Source: Candidatus Limnocylindrus sp. (GTDB taxonomy: Bacteria; Chloroflexota; Limnocylindria; Limnocylindrales; Limnocylindraceae). From it: a stretch of 64,000 nucleotides of DNA. Under the pieces are notes generated by a model. It searched no databases and was not told where the DNA came from. It worked only from the letters and a program-made list of their open reading frames with translations. Shown here piece by piece: positions 17,208-25,544 of the stretch. Positions within the stretch are counted from its first letter, which is position 1. The number at the start of each line of letters is the position of its first letter. The translations under genes were made by a program, and so were the position numbers. Location: NCBI GenBank assembly GCA_040397175.1, contig JBBAWM010000003.1, forward strand, positions 147,599 to 211,598, written 5' to 3'.

Positions 17208-18548
17208 CTACCTCCCCGCAATCAGCACGGCGAACGCCGTGGCAAAGATATTGAGCAGTGATGCGGGCAGCAGCCACTTCCAGGCGAAGCCCATCAGCTG
17301 ATCAATGCGTGCGCGCGGGAGCGTGCCGCGCATCCAGACGAAGGTGAAGACAAGCGTGAACGTCTTGATCAGGAACCAGATCAGGCTTGCTACGGGTGGC
17401 AGCATCACGTACGCCCACAGGCCGATGGCCGCCGTTGATACCGCGCCGAAGATCAAGAACCCACCGATCAGTGCCTGCCATCCTTTCACGCGCGTACTCG
17501 CGAACCAGAGGGGCGCGGCGAAGAGCAACGTGCCAAGTACCGGCGCGATGCCAGCGAGCAGCGGCAGCCCAATGCCGAGCGCACTGAGATTGATCAGGAT
17601 CTGCGGATGGAGGTCAATATGGATTGGCGGGTTGGATCCGCCAAGGAATACGGCGCTGAAGAGTGCCGAGACGATGAAGACGTTCACGTACTCCGCGAAG
17701 AAGAAGAAGCCGAAGCGCATGCCGGAATACTCGGTTGCAAATCCGGCGACGATCTCTTGGTCGGCCTCGGCATTGTCAAATGGTGTGCGGTTCGCCTCGG
17801 CGGTGATGGCGATGAAGAAGATGATCGCCGCGAGGGGCTGGCGGAAGATGAACCAGTCGAGGAACGAGCCGTCTTGCGCGGCAACGATCTTCGGCAGTGA
17901 GAGCGTGCCGGTGAGGATCACGATCCCCACAACCGAAAGTGTGAGTGGAATCTCGTAGCTGATCGCCTGCGCTGCAGCGCGAATGCCGCCGAGCAGCGAG
18001 TACTTATTGAACGACGACCACCCGGCCATCATGAGGCCAACGACGCTGAGTCCACCGATGGCAAAGAAGTAGAGAAGCCCAAGCTCAAAGCCCATGCTCG
18101 TAAGCTCTGGCGCAAACGGGATCACGAGGAGCGTCATGAAGCTTGCGAGATAGACAACGACTGGCGCGAGCGTGAAGACTGGAACATCGACGCTCGGTGG
18201 CGTGTAGTCCTCTTTCATCAACACTTTAAGGCCGTGCACCACGCTCATCACGGCACCGGCTGGGCCGATGCGGTCGGGCCCAATGCGCAGGTTCATGAGC
18301 GCAATGATCTTCATCTCCATGTAGATCAGCAGGAATGCGACTGGAACAGAGATCAAGAATGTGATGACGGATGCTGCAAGGAAGCGCACGATCGGCAAGT
18401 TTGCGCCGATGGTTGCGGCGATGGCACCACCAAATGTGGCCAGCAGTACGGTCGTCAGCGCGCCGCCAATGGCGAGCACGGGTAGCAGCACGGCGAGTAC
18501 CCGGCCCGCTGGTGTGAGGCGGTTCCAGGCCATCGATGCGCCGCTCAC
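17208..18548 (-). CDS. nuoH: NADH-quinone oxidoreductase subunit H
   Basis: 446-aa polytopic protein with the NuoH/ND1 pattern. Confidence 0.9.
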   Translation of the reverse strand: MSGASMAWNRLTPAGRVLAVLLPVLAIGGALTTVLLATFGGAIAATIGANLPIVRFLAASVITFLISVPVAFLLIYMEMKIIALMNLRIGPDRIGPAGAVMSVVHGLKVLMKEDYTPPSVDVPVFTLAPVVVYLASFMTLLVIPFAPELTSMGFELGLLYFFAIGGLSVVGLMMAGWSSFNKYSLLGGIRAAAQAISYEIPLTLSVVGIVILTGTLSLPKIVAAQDGSFLDWFIFRQPLAAIIFFIAITAEANRTPFDNAEADQEIVAGFATEYSGMRFGFFFFAEYVNVFIVSALFSAVFLGGSNPPIHIDLHPQILINLSALGIGLPLLAGIAPVLGTLLFAAPLWFASTRVKGWQALIGGFLIFGAVSTAAIGLWAYVMLPPVASLIWFLIKTFTLVFTFVWMRGTLPRARIDQLMGFAWKWLLPASLLNIFATAFAVLIAGR

Positions 18549-19756
18549 TTGTCAACTCCGCCCATGACTGGGTCGAGGCTGGCCATCACCGCCATTGTGT
18601 CGGCGATGAGGTTCCCCCTGGTGAGCGGCCCAACAAGTTGTAGGTGCACGAATGACGGGTCGTGGATGCGCATGCGGAACGGCTGGTCGGTGCCATCGCT
18701 AATTGCGTAGGTGCCGTACACGCCACGTGGCCCTTCAGCGGCACCGAATGCGCGGCCAGGTCGCGGGCGCAACAGTCGTGGCAGCTTCGCCATCACTGGT
18801 CCGTCGGGCATCTCGTGAAGCACCTGGTCGATGATGCGGATCGACTGCTTGATCTCGTCCATGCGAACGAGGTAGCGCGCCAGCGAGTCGCCCTCGTCGC
18901 GGGTTGGCACGTCGAACTCCAGCTCTGGGTAGACGAGATAGGGGCGGTCGCGGCGCAGGTCGAACGGCACGCCGCTCGCTCGTAGGTTCGGACCGGTCAC
19001 GCCCATCTTGAGCGCTGTCTTTGCATCGAGAACGCCGAGGCCACGGGTGCGGCGCACGAAGATCTCGTTCTCGTTGATCAGGGCCAGGTTGGAGTCGATC
19101 TGCGCCGCGGCGCGGCTCATCCACGTGCCGAGGCGGCTCATGAACTCGTGGTTCAGGTCGCCGTTCACCCCGCCGATTCGGTAGTAGTTGTAGAGCAGCT
19201 TCTGTCCGGTGAGGGCGGCGAGCATGTCGACGATCTCGTCGCGCTCGATGAAGGCCCAGAGGATCGGCGTGATGCCGCCGAGGTCGAGCGCCATCCAGCC
19301 CTGGAAGAGGGTGTGGCTGGCGATGCGGTTGAGCTCCATCGTGAGCACGCGGATGTACTGCGCACGGAGCGGCACCTCAACATCCATCAACTTTTCGAAA
19401 GCGGCGACCGGTGCAGCCTCACAGAAGAGTGACGCCACGTACTCAAGCGGATCGGTGTAGCAGATCGCCTGGTGGTAGTCGGCGTTCTCGCAGAGCTTCT
19501 CAACGCCGCGATGCAGGTAGCCGAGCACCGGGTCAAGGTCGACCACTTTTTCACCGTTCACCTTGATAATCACGCGCAGCACGCCGTGGGTTGAAGGGTG
19601 CTGTGGACCCATGTTCACGAACATCTCGCCTTCGCGCAACGTGAGGAACTCCGCCTGTCGCTCTGTCTGTGGGATCGGCGCCGGTTCGTACCACGTGGAC
19701 TCCGCGGGAATCGCTACGCGTGGATCATCGAGCGATGGGCGCATCTGCTGCGTCAT
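18545..19756 (-). CDS. nuoD: NADH-quinone oxidoreductase subunit D (49-kDa)
   Basis: 403 aa; conserved NuoD core (...HRGVEKLCE...) and position after nuoC. Confidence 0.9.
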   Translation of the reverse strand: MTQQMRPSLDDPRVAIPAESTWYEPAPIPQTERQAEFLTLREGEMFVNMGPQHPSTHGVLRVIIKVNGEKVVDLDPVLGYLHRGVEKLCENADYHQAICYTDPLEYVASLFCEAAPVAAFEKLMDVEVPLRAQYIRVLTMELNRIASHTLFQGWMALDLGGITPILWAFIERDEIVDMLAALTGQKLLYNYYRIGGVNGDLNHEFMSRLGTWMSRAAAQIDSNLALINENEIFVRRTRGLGVLDAKTALKMGVTGPNLRASGVPFDLRRDRPYLVYPELEFDVPTRDEGDSLARYLVRMDEIKQSIRIIDQVLHEMPDGPVMAKLPRLLRPRPGRAFGAAEGPRGVYGTYAISDGTDQPFRMRIHDPSFVHLQLVGPLTRGNLIADTMAVMASLDPVMGGVDK

Positions 19757-19758
19757 CG

Positions 19759-20310
19759 CTACGCCCCTGGGCTCTTGCGCAGCAGGGTTGCTGCGGTTGC
19801 GTCGGCCGGTGTTCCGGCGCGCTCCATGTTTCGCACACCAGCGGCGGGTGAGCGCGATGCATCGTCGGCGAGATAGAAATCTTTGCGCAGCGGGAAGCTG
19901 CGGTAATCGTCTGGCATGTAGATGCGACGCAGGTCGCGATTCCCCTCAAAGATGATCCCAAACATGTCGTAGGCCTCGCGCTCCATCCACTCGGCGCCTG
20001 GCCACAAGAATGTTGCCGACGCAATGCGCGGCGCGGTGCGATCGAGTCCTGGAACAATGACGCGAAGCCAATCACCACTCGTTGACGAAGAGAGGTGGTA
20101 CACAACTTGCATCTCTTCGCCGGTGTCGACACCGCACAGGTCAATCAGCATTTCAAATCGAAACGCAGGGTCATCGTGCAACAATCGCAACGTATCGGTG
20201 GCATCGGCAAGCGCAACGCGAATCTCACTCTCGTCATATCGCTGGCGCACCGGTGTGAGGAGTCGCTCGCCAAACTTCTCTTGCAGCAGTGCGGCGAGAC
20301 GGCGATCCAC
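19759..20310 (-). CDS. nuoC: NADH-quinone oxidoreductase subunit C (30-kDa)
   Basis: 183 aa, NuoC-like; placed between nuoB and nuoD. Confidence 0.9.
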   Translation of the reverse strand: MDRRLAALLQEKFGERLLTPVRQRYDESEIRVALADATDTLRLLHDDPAFRFEMLIDLCGVDTGEEMQVVYHLSSSTSGDWLRVIVPGLDRTAPRIASATFLWPGAEWMEREAYDMFGIIFEGNRDLRRIYMPDDYRSFPLRKDFYLADDASRSPAAGVRNMERAGTPADATAATLLRKSPGA

Positions 20311-21039
20311 TTAGATCCCCTTCGGAACTGTTGGCCCGATCGCGCGCTCTGGCCAGTGGCCGCGGCGATCTTTTACCAACTGCTGCAACTTCATCATTCC
20401 GTAGATCAGACCCTCTGGGCGCGGCGGGCAGCCAGGAATATATACATCGACCGGCATCACGCGATCGATTCCTTGGACCACGGAGTAGCTGCGCTTGTAG
20501 CGTCCGCCAGAGCAGGTGCAGTCGCCCATCGCAACGACCCATTTTGGTTCAGGCATCTGCTCCCACAAGCGAATCAGTGGTTCGGCCATTTTTGTTGTCA
20601 GTGTTCCGGCAACGATCAACACGTCGGCCTGACGGGGGCTGGCGCGGAACGGGAACATGCCCCAGCGGTCGATGTCGTTCTTCGGTGTTGCGGTCGACAT
20701 CATCTCAATTGCGCAGCAGGCGAGACCAGAGAGCAGTGGCCACAAGCTGTTTGCGCGAATCAGATCGAGTACGACGTCGGCCTTCGTTGGAATCGCTGCG
20801 AGGGCACCGCCCCAGCGCGCATCATCGACACGACCGTCACCGGTTGCGTCGTAGCGCGCGAGCTCAAGATTTGGATGCGCCTCGAGTGGTAGCCCGCCGT
20901 ACGCGCGTGGATCATCGGTGCTCCACAGTGTGTTGCCAACGGTTGCCGGCGACTGAATGCTGCCGTCTGGCTGCACTTCAGGCAGGTTGCTGAACTTTGG
21001 GTCGCGCGTTATCGCCATGAGAGGACCCCCTTGCGCCAT
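20311..21039 (-). CDS. nuoB: NADH-quinone oxidoreductase subunit B (20-kDa, N2 cluster)
   Basis: CCAIEMM...GDCTCSGG...PGCPP cysteine motifs of the N2 cluster. Has an N-terminal extension overlapping nuoA, so the true start may be internal. Confidence 0.9.
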   Translation of the reverse strand: MAQGGPLMAITRDPKFSNLPEVQPDGSIQSPATVGNTLWSTDDPRAYGGLPLEAHPNLELARYDATGDGRVDDARWGGALAAIPTKADVVLDLIRANSLWPLLSGLACCAIEMMSTATPKNDIDRWGMFPFRASPRQADVLIVAGTLTTKMAEPLIRLWEQMPEPKWVVAMGDCTCSGGRYKRSYSVVQGIDRVMPVDVYIPGCPPRPEGLIYGMMKLQQLVKDRRGHWPERAIGPTVPKGI

Positions 21040-21365
21040 GCATGCGCGAGGCCAACAAGGAGCACGCCGATGAAGATCGCCATGGAGATCAGGCCGTCCA
21101 TCAAGAGCACCTTGAAGTTCAGTGCCCAGATGTAGATGAAGACGATCTCAACGTCGAAGGCGACGAAAAGGAGTGCGTACAGATAGAAGGAGAGACCGAA
21201 GCGCCCGTGCGTGTCGCCGTACGTGTCGATGCCAGACTCGTAGGGGACCTGCTTGCCGCGGCTGCCGCGCGTGCGGTGGGAGATCAGCCAAGCGAGGCCG
21301 ATGGTAAGGAACACGAAGGAAGCACCTGCGCCTGCGAAACCGAGGACGTACCAGAGTCCGGTCAT
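21009..21365 (-). CDS. nuoA: NADH-quinone oxidoreductase subunit A
   Basis: 118 aa with three TM helices; NuoA/ND3 family; first gene of the nuo cluster. Confidence 0.9.
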   Translation of the reverse strand: MTGLWYVLGFAGAGASFVFLTIGLAWLISHRTRGSRGKQVPYESGIDTYGDTHGRFGLSFYLYALLFVAFDVEIVFIYIWALNFKVLLMDGLISMAIFIGVLLVGLAHAWRKGVLSWR

Positions 21366-21437
21366 GAAACTCCCCCGTTCGATCCATCGCCCCGGCGCGT
21401 ACCCCGTAGCGGGGGCTCGGGTGGCTACGCCCAGATT

Positions 21438-22619
21438 CTAGACGAGGGGGCGATTCGGAGCCGCCGTTCCTGGGAGTGGCGATGTGGGGTCGGCGAGGGC
21501 ATTTGCCCCTGGGGAACGCCCCGCCACAAACAGTTCCACGGCAAATCCGCCCATGCGGCGAGGATCCATCAGTTGGGCGAGTGCGGAGCGTAGGGCGATC
21601 GCCGCCTCAAGGGTTGCCGTCGGCCCGGTGCGGGTTCGGGCTACCTCGCCGTCGACCCCCGCCGTTGCGAGAAACCTGGCCTGGTTCGTGCTGGACACGT
21701 GGCGGAGCCCACCTCGTTCCGCCGCAGCCCGAAGCAGGGTGAGGTCCACATGGGCGGTCAGGTCGCGGCCCCCCGGCTCGCCGAGGAGGTCGGCGGTTGC
21801 TCGGTGCCCCTGGTAGGCGAGGGCGGTACCGGCCATTCGGCTGGCGGGGTCCCGCAGGGTAGCCCCCTCACGGCCGTAATCAAGCACGAGGACGACCCCC
21901 TCGGTGAGCTCGCCCCCGAGCGTGGCGGCCCAGTCGGCCGTGGCTGGCGAGATCTCGGCGAGCTGCCCTTCGGCGAGCGGCGGCCAGCCAGCCATCAGGG
22001 AGGCGAGCCGCTCGGCGACCTCTGGGTCAGGGGCCACTTCAATCCACGTGAGGGCATTTGTTACAGGATCAACGGCCACGCGACGCTCGGCGAAGCCGCC
22101 CGGGGCGGCGGCGCGGCCGACCACGATGTGAAAAGGGAGGGCGTCGGCAAACTCATTGGCGACCACGATCCCTGCGGCGGGTGGGCTGCTCGCTGCGATG
22201 AGCGGCGGCCCCCCACCGGGTCGGGCCCCCAGTGCCGCCGTCAGGTCGGCCAGGCGGTATGGATTCGCCTCGCTCACCGAGACCTCCAGCACATCCAGTA
22301 GGGGGTGCCCTTCGCGGGCGAGGTGGTCGAGTGCTGCCAGCAGCAGGGTCCCCTCGCCAGCGCCGTACTCACGCCAGCGAAACTGCGTCGGCCGACCGAG
22401 CCGATCCCATGTTGCGGCGGCGAGTTGGGCGATGGCGACGCCAAGGAGTGGGTGCAGCTCTGGCGCGGTCATGAAGTCGCCGCTGCGGCCAGCCCGACGC
22501 TGCACCGTTGCGTAGTAGCCGAGCTCGGGCTCAAGGAGGGCGCGCTCCATGAAGCGCGCAAAGCTGATGGAGCCCTGCCGTTGGGCCTCTTCACGAATGA
22601 GCCGTTCGACCTCTTCCAT
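21438..22619 (-). CDS. MidA/NDUFAF7-family (DUF185, COG1565) SAM-dependent methyltransferase
   Basis: Family motifs present: ISFARFMERALLEPELGYY, GDFMTAPELHP, EYGAGEGTL, VANEFADALPFH. Start set at internal ATG 22619 (MEEVERL...), because the longer ORF would overlap the divergent folK start. Lies 72 bp upstream of nuoA. Confidence 0.8.
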   Translation of the reverse strand: MEEVERLIREEAQRQGSISFARFMERALLEPELGYYATVQRRAGRSGDFMTAPELHPLLGVAIAQLAAATWDRLGRPTQFRWREYGAGEGTLLLAALDHLAREGHPLLDVLEVSVSEANPYRLADLTAALGARPGGGPPLIAASSPPAAGIVVANEFADALPFHIVVGRAAAPGGFAERRVAVDPVTNALTWIEVAPDPEVAERLASLMAGWPPLAEGQLAEISPATADWAATLGGELTEGVVLVLDYGREGATLRDPASRMAGTALAYQGHRATADLLGEPGGRDLTAHVDLTLLRAAAERGGLRHVSSTNQARFLATAGVDGEVARTRTGPTATLEAAIALRSALAQLMDPRRMGGFAVELFVAGRSPGANALADPTSPLPGTAAPNRPLV

Positions 22620-22653
22620 GCAGTAGATCCTACGCGGCGCTACCGTCGGGCAC

Positions 22654-23244
22654 ATGCGTGACCTCGTTGTACACCTAGGGATCGGGGCAAACCTTGACGA
22701 CCCTGTGGCCACACTCGCCGAGGCGGTCGTTGCGCTCGCGCACATTCCGGGCTGGAGCCTTGAGCAGGTCTCACCGCTCTATCGCACCACCCCAGTCGGA
22801 CTTGTTGATCAACCGGAGTTCTTCAATGCCGCGATTCGTCTGCGCGTTGCACTACCCGACGAGCCAGCTGCGGCGGCGGTTGAGGTGCTCGTGCGCGTGA
22901 AAGAACTCGAACGCCTCTTCGGGCGAGTGCCAACAGTACGGTTCGGACCGCGCCGTCTCGACATTGACATCATCGCTATGGAGAACATCGCGGTCGTGCA
23001 TCCGCGCCCACTCGGCACAGAGCCAGATGGCGCCGATAGCGATCGGCCCCTCGTTGTTCCACATTCTGCGGCAACCGAACGCCTCTTTGTCTTAGCGCCA
23101 CTCGCCGACATTTCACCAACGCTCAAGGCACCAGGCTGGTCGGGAACAGCGCGTGAACTGCGTGATGTACAACGAGGTCGTGAGGGCGATGCGGCGGCGC
23201 TCTGCGTTGGCGCGTGGGACCAGGCGGCGCTGCGCTGGGTGTAG
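22654..23244 (+). CDS. folK: 2-amino-4-hydroxy-6-hydroxymethyldihydropteridine pyrophosphokinase (HPPK)
   Basis: GPRRLDIDII...HPRPL...ERLFVLAPLADI motifs characteristic of FolK. Confidence 0.85.
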   Translation: MRDLVVHLGIGANLDDPVATLAEAVVALAHIPGWSLEQVSPLYRTTPVGLVDQPEFFNAAIRLRVALPDEPAAAAVEVLVRVKELERLFGRVPTVRFGPRRLDIDIIAMENIAVVHPRPLGTEPDGADSDRPLVVPHSAATERLFVLAPLADISPTLKAPGWSGTARELRDVQRGREGDAAALCVGAWDQAALRWV

Positions 23245-23248
23245 CGCG

Positions 23249-24658
23249 TTAGCGGCGGTAGTGCCGCCGGCCAGTGAACACCATGGCGATGCCGTGACGA
23301 TCGGCGATCTCAATCGCCGCCGCATCACGACGTGAGCCGCCCGGTTGAACAATGGCGGTGACGCCAGCTGCCGCGGCTGCGGCTATGCCCTCGGCAAATG
23401 GGAAGTACGCATCGCTTGCGAGCACTGCGCCGCGTGCGCGCTCCCCCGCCTGGTTGAGTGCAATGTCAACGGCAACGCGCCGGTTCACCTGGGCCGCACC
23501 AATGCCAAGCGTCGTAGCGCCGCGCGCAATTACGATCGCGTTTGATCGAACATGTCGAACGACGCGCCATGAGAAGAGGAGGTCGGTGAGTTCGTCGAGC
23601 GTTGGGCGACGTTCGGTGACGACACGTAGTTGCGAGCGTTCAATGTTTCCCGTGTCGGCAGTTTGTAAGAGCACTGCACCACTGACGCCGATCATGTCGA
23701 ACGCTGTCGCACAATGTGAAGGGTCGATCACCACGCTCAGATCTGGCCGCGTGCGCAGCGTCTCTGTAGCGCCATCATCCGCAAGGGCTGGCGCGAGCAC
23801 CGATTCGAATGTTCCCGCGGCAATCACCGCCGCAACGCCACGATCAATCGGAACGTTCAGCACGATCGTTGAACCGGAGCTGGCCGCTGGATCTGTCTCA
23901 ATTGCGCGAGTGAGCGCGCCAAGCGCTGTTTCGGCGGTTGCCACACCGATTGGGTCCGTGTGACGAATCAACGCAACACTTGGCGTTGGTAGGTCGGCAA
24001 CGAGGCGTGCGCCAGCGTCAAGGTCGAGGAGGTCGTTGAGGCTTGGCTCTTGCCCTTGCAACACTCGGGCGCCCATGATCCCCGCGGCGGCGCTGTGCAC
24101 GCGTCGGTATGCCGCTGCGGCCTGATGCTGATTCTCGCCGTGCCCGAAGGTGCGAATGCGCTCCAGCACGATCACGTCGCGAGCGGGCATCCCACTCTCG
24201 CTGTCGCGCGCCAGCGGGGCAACATGCGCCGCGATGGCGAGTGCCGCTGCTCGACGCAACTCGCCTCGTACTGCGGCAAGGTTCCCTGCGGGTCCAAGGT
24301 CGGAGGCGAGGTCACCGGTTGCCGTTGGGTCGACGACGATCAGTGGCCCGCTGTCCGCGGCAAGGAGCGCGCGCGTGATGGCGAGGATCGTCGCGGGTGG
24401 CGCCTCGGCCCCCGCTGGCGCGATCAGGAGGTCGGCGCTGGTGAGGCTTGCCGCTGCCCCGTCAAGCGACGCCGCGTCGGCATGTTCAGTGACGCTGATC
24501 CGCTCGGCCCGAAGGTGCGGGGTGGCCGGGCCGGCTTCGATCGTGGCCCCACGGGCGGCAAGGGTCGCCAGGAACGGCGTCAGCCCCGCCAGGGCGGGAC
24601 TCTCGGGGGAGATCAATAGAAGGACGCGCATGCTCCTGATGGTGGCATACTCGCTCAC
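23249..24658 (-). CDS. PurH-like protein: intact AICAR transformylase domain, degenerate N-terminal IMP cyclohydrolase/MGS-like domain
   Basis: C-terminal ~300 aa carry AICARFT motifs (FGHGENQHQAAAY; RHVRSNAIVIARGATTLGIGAAQVNRRVAV; QPGGSRRD...HGIAMVFTGRRHYRR). The N-terminal ~160 aa align in pattern with the MGS-like domain but lack the SDK/TGGTA/KTLHP catalytic motifs. Confidence 0.65.
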   Translation of the reverse strand: MSEYATIRSMRVLLLISPESPALAGLTPFLATLAARGATIEAGPATPHLRAERISVTEHADAASLDGAAASLTSADLLIAPAGAEAPPATILAITRALLAADSGPLIVVDPTATGDLASDLGPAGNLAAVRGELRRAAALAIAAHVAPLARDSESGMPARDVIVLERIRTFGHGENQHQAAAAYRRVHSAAAGIMGARVLQGQEPSLNDLLDLDAGARLVADLPTPSVALIRHTDPIGVATAETALGALTRAIETDPAASSGSTIVLNVPIDRGVAAVIAAGTFESVLAPALADDGATETLRTRPDLSVVIDPSHCATAFDMIGVSGAVLLQTADTGNIERSQLRVVTERRPTLDELTDLLFSWRVVRHVRSNAIVIARGATTLGIGAAQVNRRVAVDIALNQAGERARGAVLASDAYFPFAEGIAAAAAAGVTAIVQPGGSRRDAAAIEIADRHGIAMVFTGRRHYRR

Positions 24659-24713
24659 ACAAACCCAGACGCTGTTGTGCTGGGTGAACTAAAACCTAGC
24701 GAGTGAGGACAAG

Positions 24714-25127
24714 ATGTTTCGTTGGCCTTGGGAGTATCTCTTCACCGTCCTGAACGCCGATCTTGGAACGTTCTACACACCGTTCTGGATTGCAAACCTC
24801 GTGCTCTTCCTTGCAACGATCCTGGTCTACTCGTTCGCGACCCGCGGCAGCCGCGGCCGTGGGGTCATCGGCGACGAGTGGGAGTACATCCTGTGGATCA
24901 GCCTCGGCACCTTTGGAATGAACCTGGTCTACGCCGCGTTCCAGTGGTACGGCCTCTTCCCCATTGCGACCACCCTCGTTGGGCTCCTCGCCCTCCGCGA
25001 TACCGTCACGAAGCGCTTCCCCCCACTCCTCGCCGCGGAGGCTGATCATGCCGCACTCCTGCGCACGCGTCGCCAGGTGGCCGACGGTGTTGAGGCGACC
25101 ATTCGCCCAGCCAACCGTCGCGGATAG
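24714..25127 (+). CDS. Hypothetical small membrane protein (3-4 predicted TM helices)
   Basis: 137-aa ORF with GAGGA 5 nt upstream of the ATG and hydrophobic segments; divergent from the purH-like gene; no recognisable family. Confidence 0.4.
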   Translation: MFRWPWEYLFTVLNADLGTFYTPFWIANLVLFLATILVYSFATRGSRGRGVIGDEWEYILWISLGTFGMNLVYAAFQWYGLFPIATTLVGLLALRDTVTKRFPPLLAAEADHAALLRTRRQVADGVEATIRPANRRG

Positions 25128-25136
25128 CCCTTTAGT

Positions 25137-25544
25137 GTGCGCAGCTGCGCACGGCACGAGTGCATGAACATCCGCAGGTTTGGCCCCGGCCATCGTCGTG
25201 CAGACCGCGCTGCGGGCTCACAAGGCGTTCTCAGTAGCGCGATCTTCTCGAACGACGTTGCGCAAATTACGGAATTCACCGTCACGCCCGGTGGCACGTA
25301 CGGCCCACTTCGTAGTGCTGGTGATGTGGTTCTCGTCGTGATTGAGGGGGGCGGCTGGATCACCGCGCGTGAAACGCAGGTGCATCTTGCCGCCGGTGAG
25401 TCGCTGCACCTTGAACGACTAACGCCCTATAGCGTGGCGGCTCGTGAGTTGCCGCTACGCGCGATCCTCATCGAACTTACTTCGCACGACCTTGCCGAGC
25501 CGGCTCGCACCATAGGCGCCAGCGGCGGCGGCGAGCAGGAGTAG
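25137..25544 (+). CDS. Hypothetical cupin-like small protein
   Basis: 135-aa ORF 9 nt downstream of the preceding ORF. The central segment (GGTYGPLRSAGDVVLVVIEGGGWITARETQVHLAAGESLHL) resembles a cupin beta-barrel. Its 3' end overlaps the convergent giant GT-C gene by 90 nt, so start and reality are uncertain. Confidence 0.35.
   Translation: MRSCARHECMNIRRFGPGHRRADRAAGSQGVLSSAIFSNDVAQITEFTVTPGGTYGPLRSAGDVVLVVIEGGGWITARETQVHLAAGESLHLERLTPYSVAARELPLRAILIELTSHDLAEPARTIGASGGGEQE

Noticed and set aside
24659-24713. Apparent inverted repeat ACTCGCTCAC ... GCGAGTGAG in the purH-like/small-ORF divergent region
   Set aside because: On checking, the two halves are not reverse complements of each other (the second half is complementary but not reversed), so it is not a true palindrome/operator.
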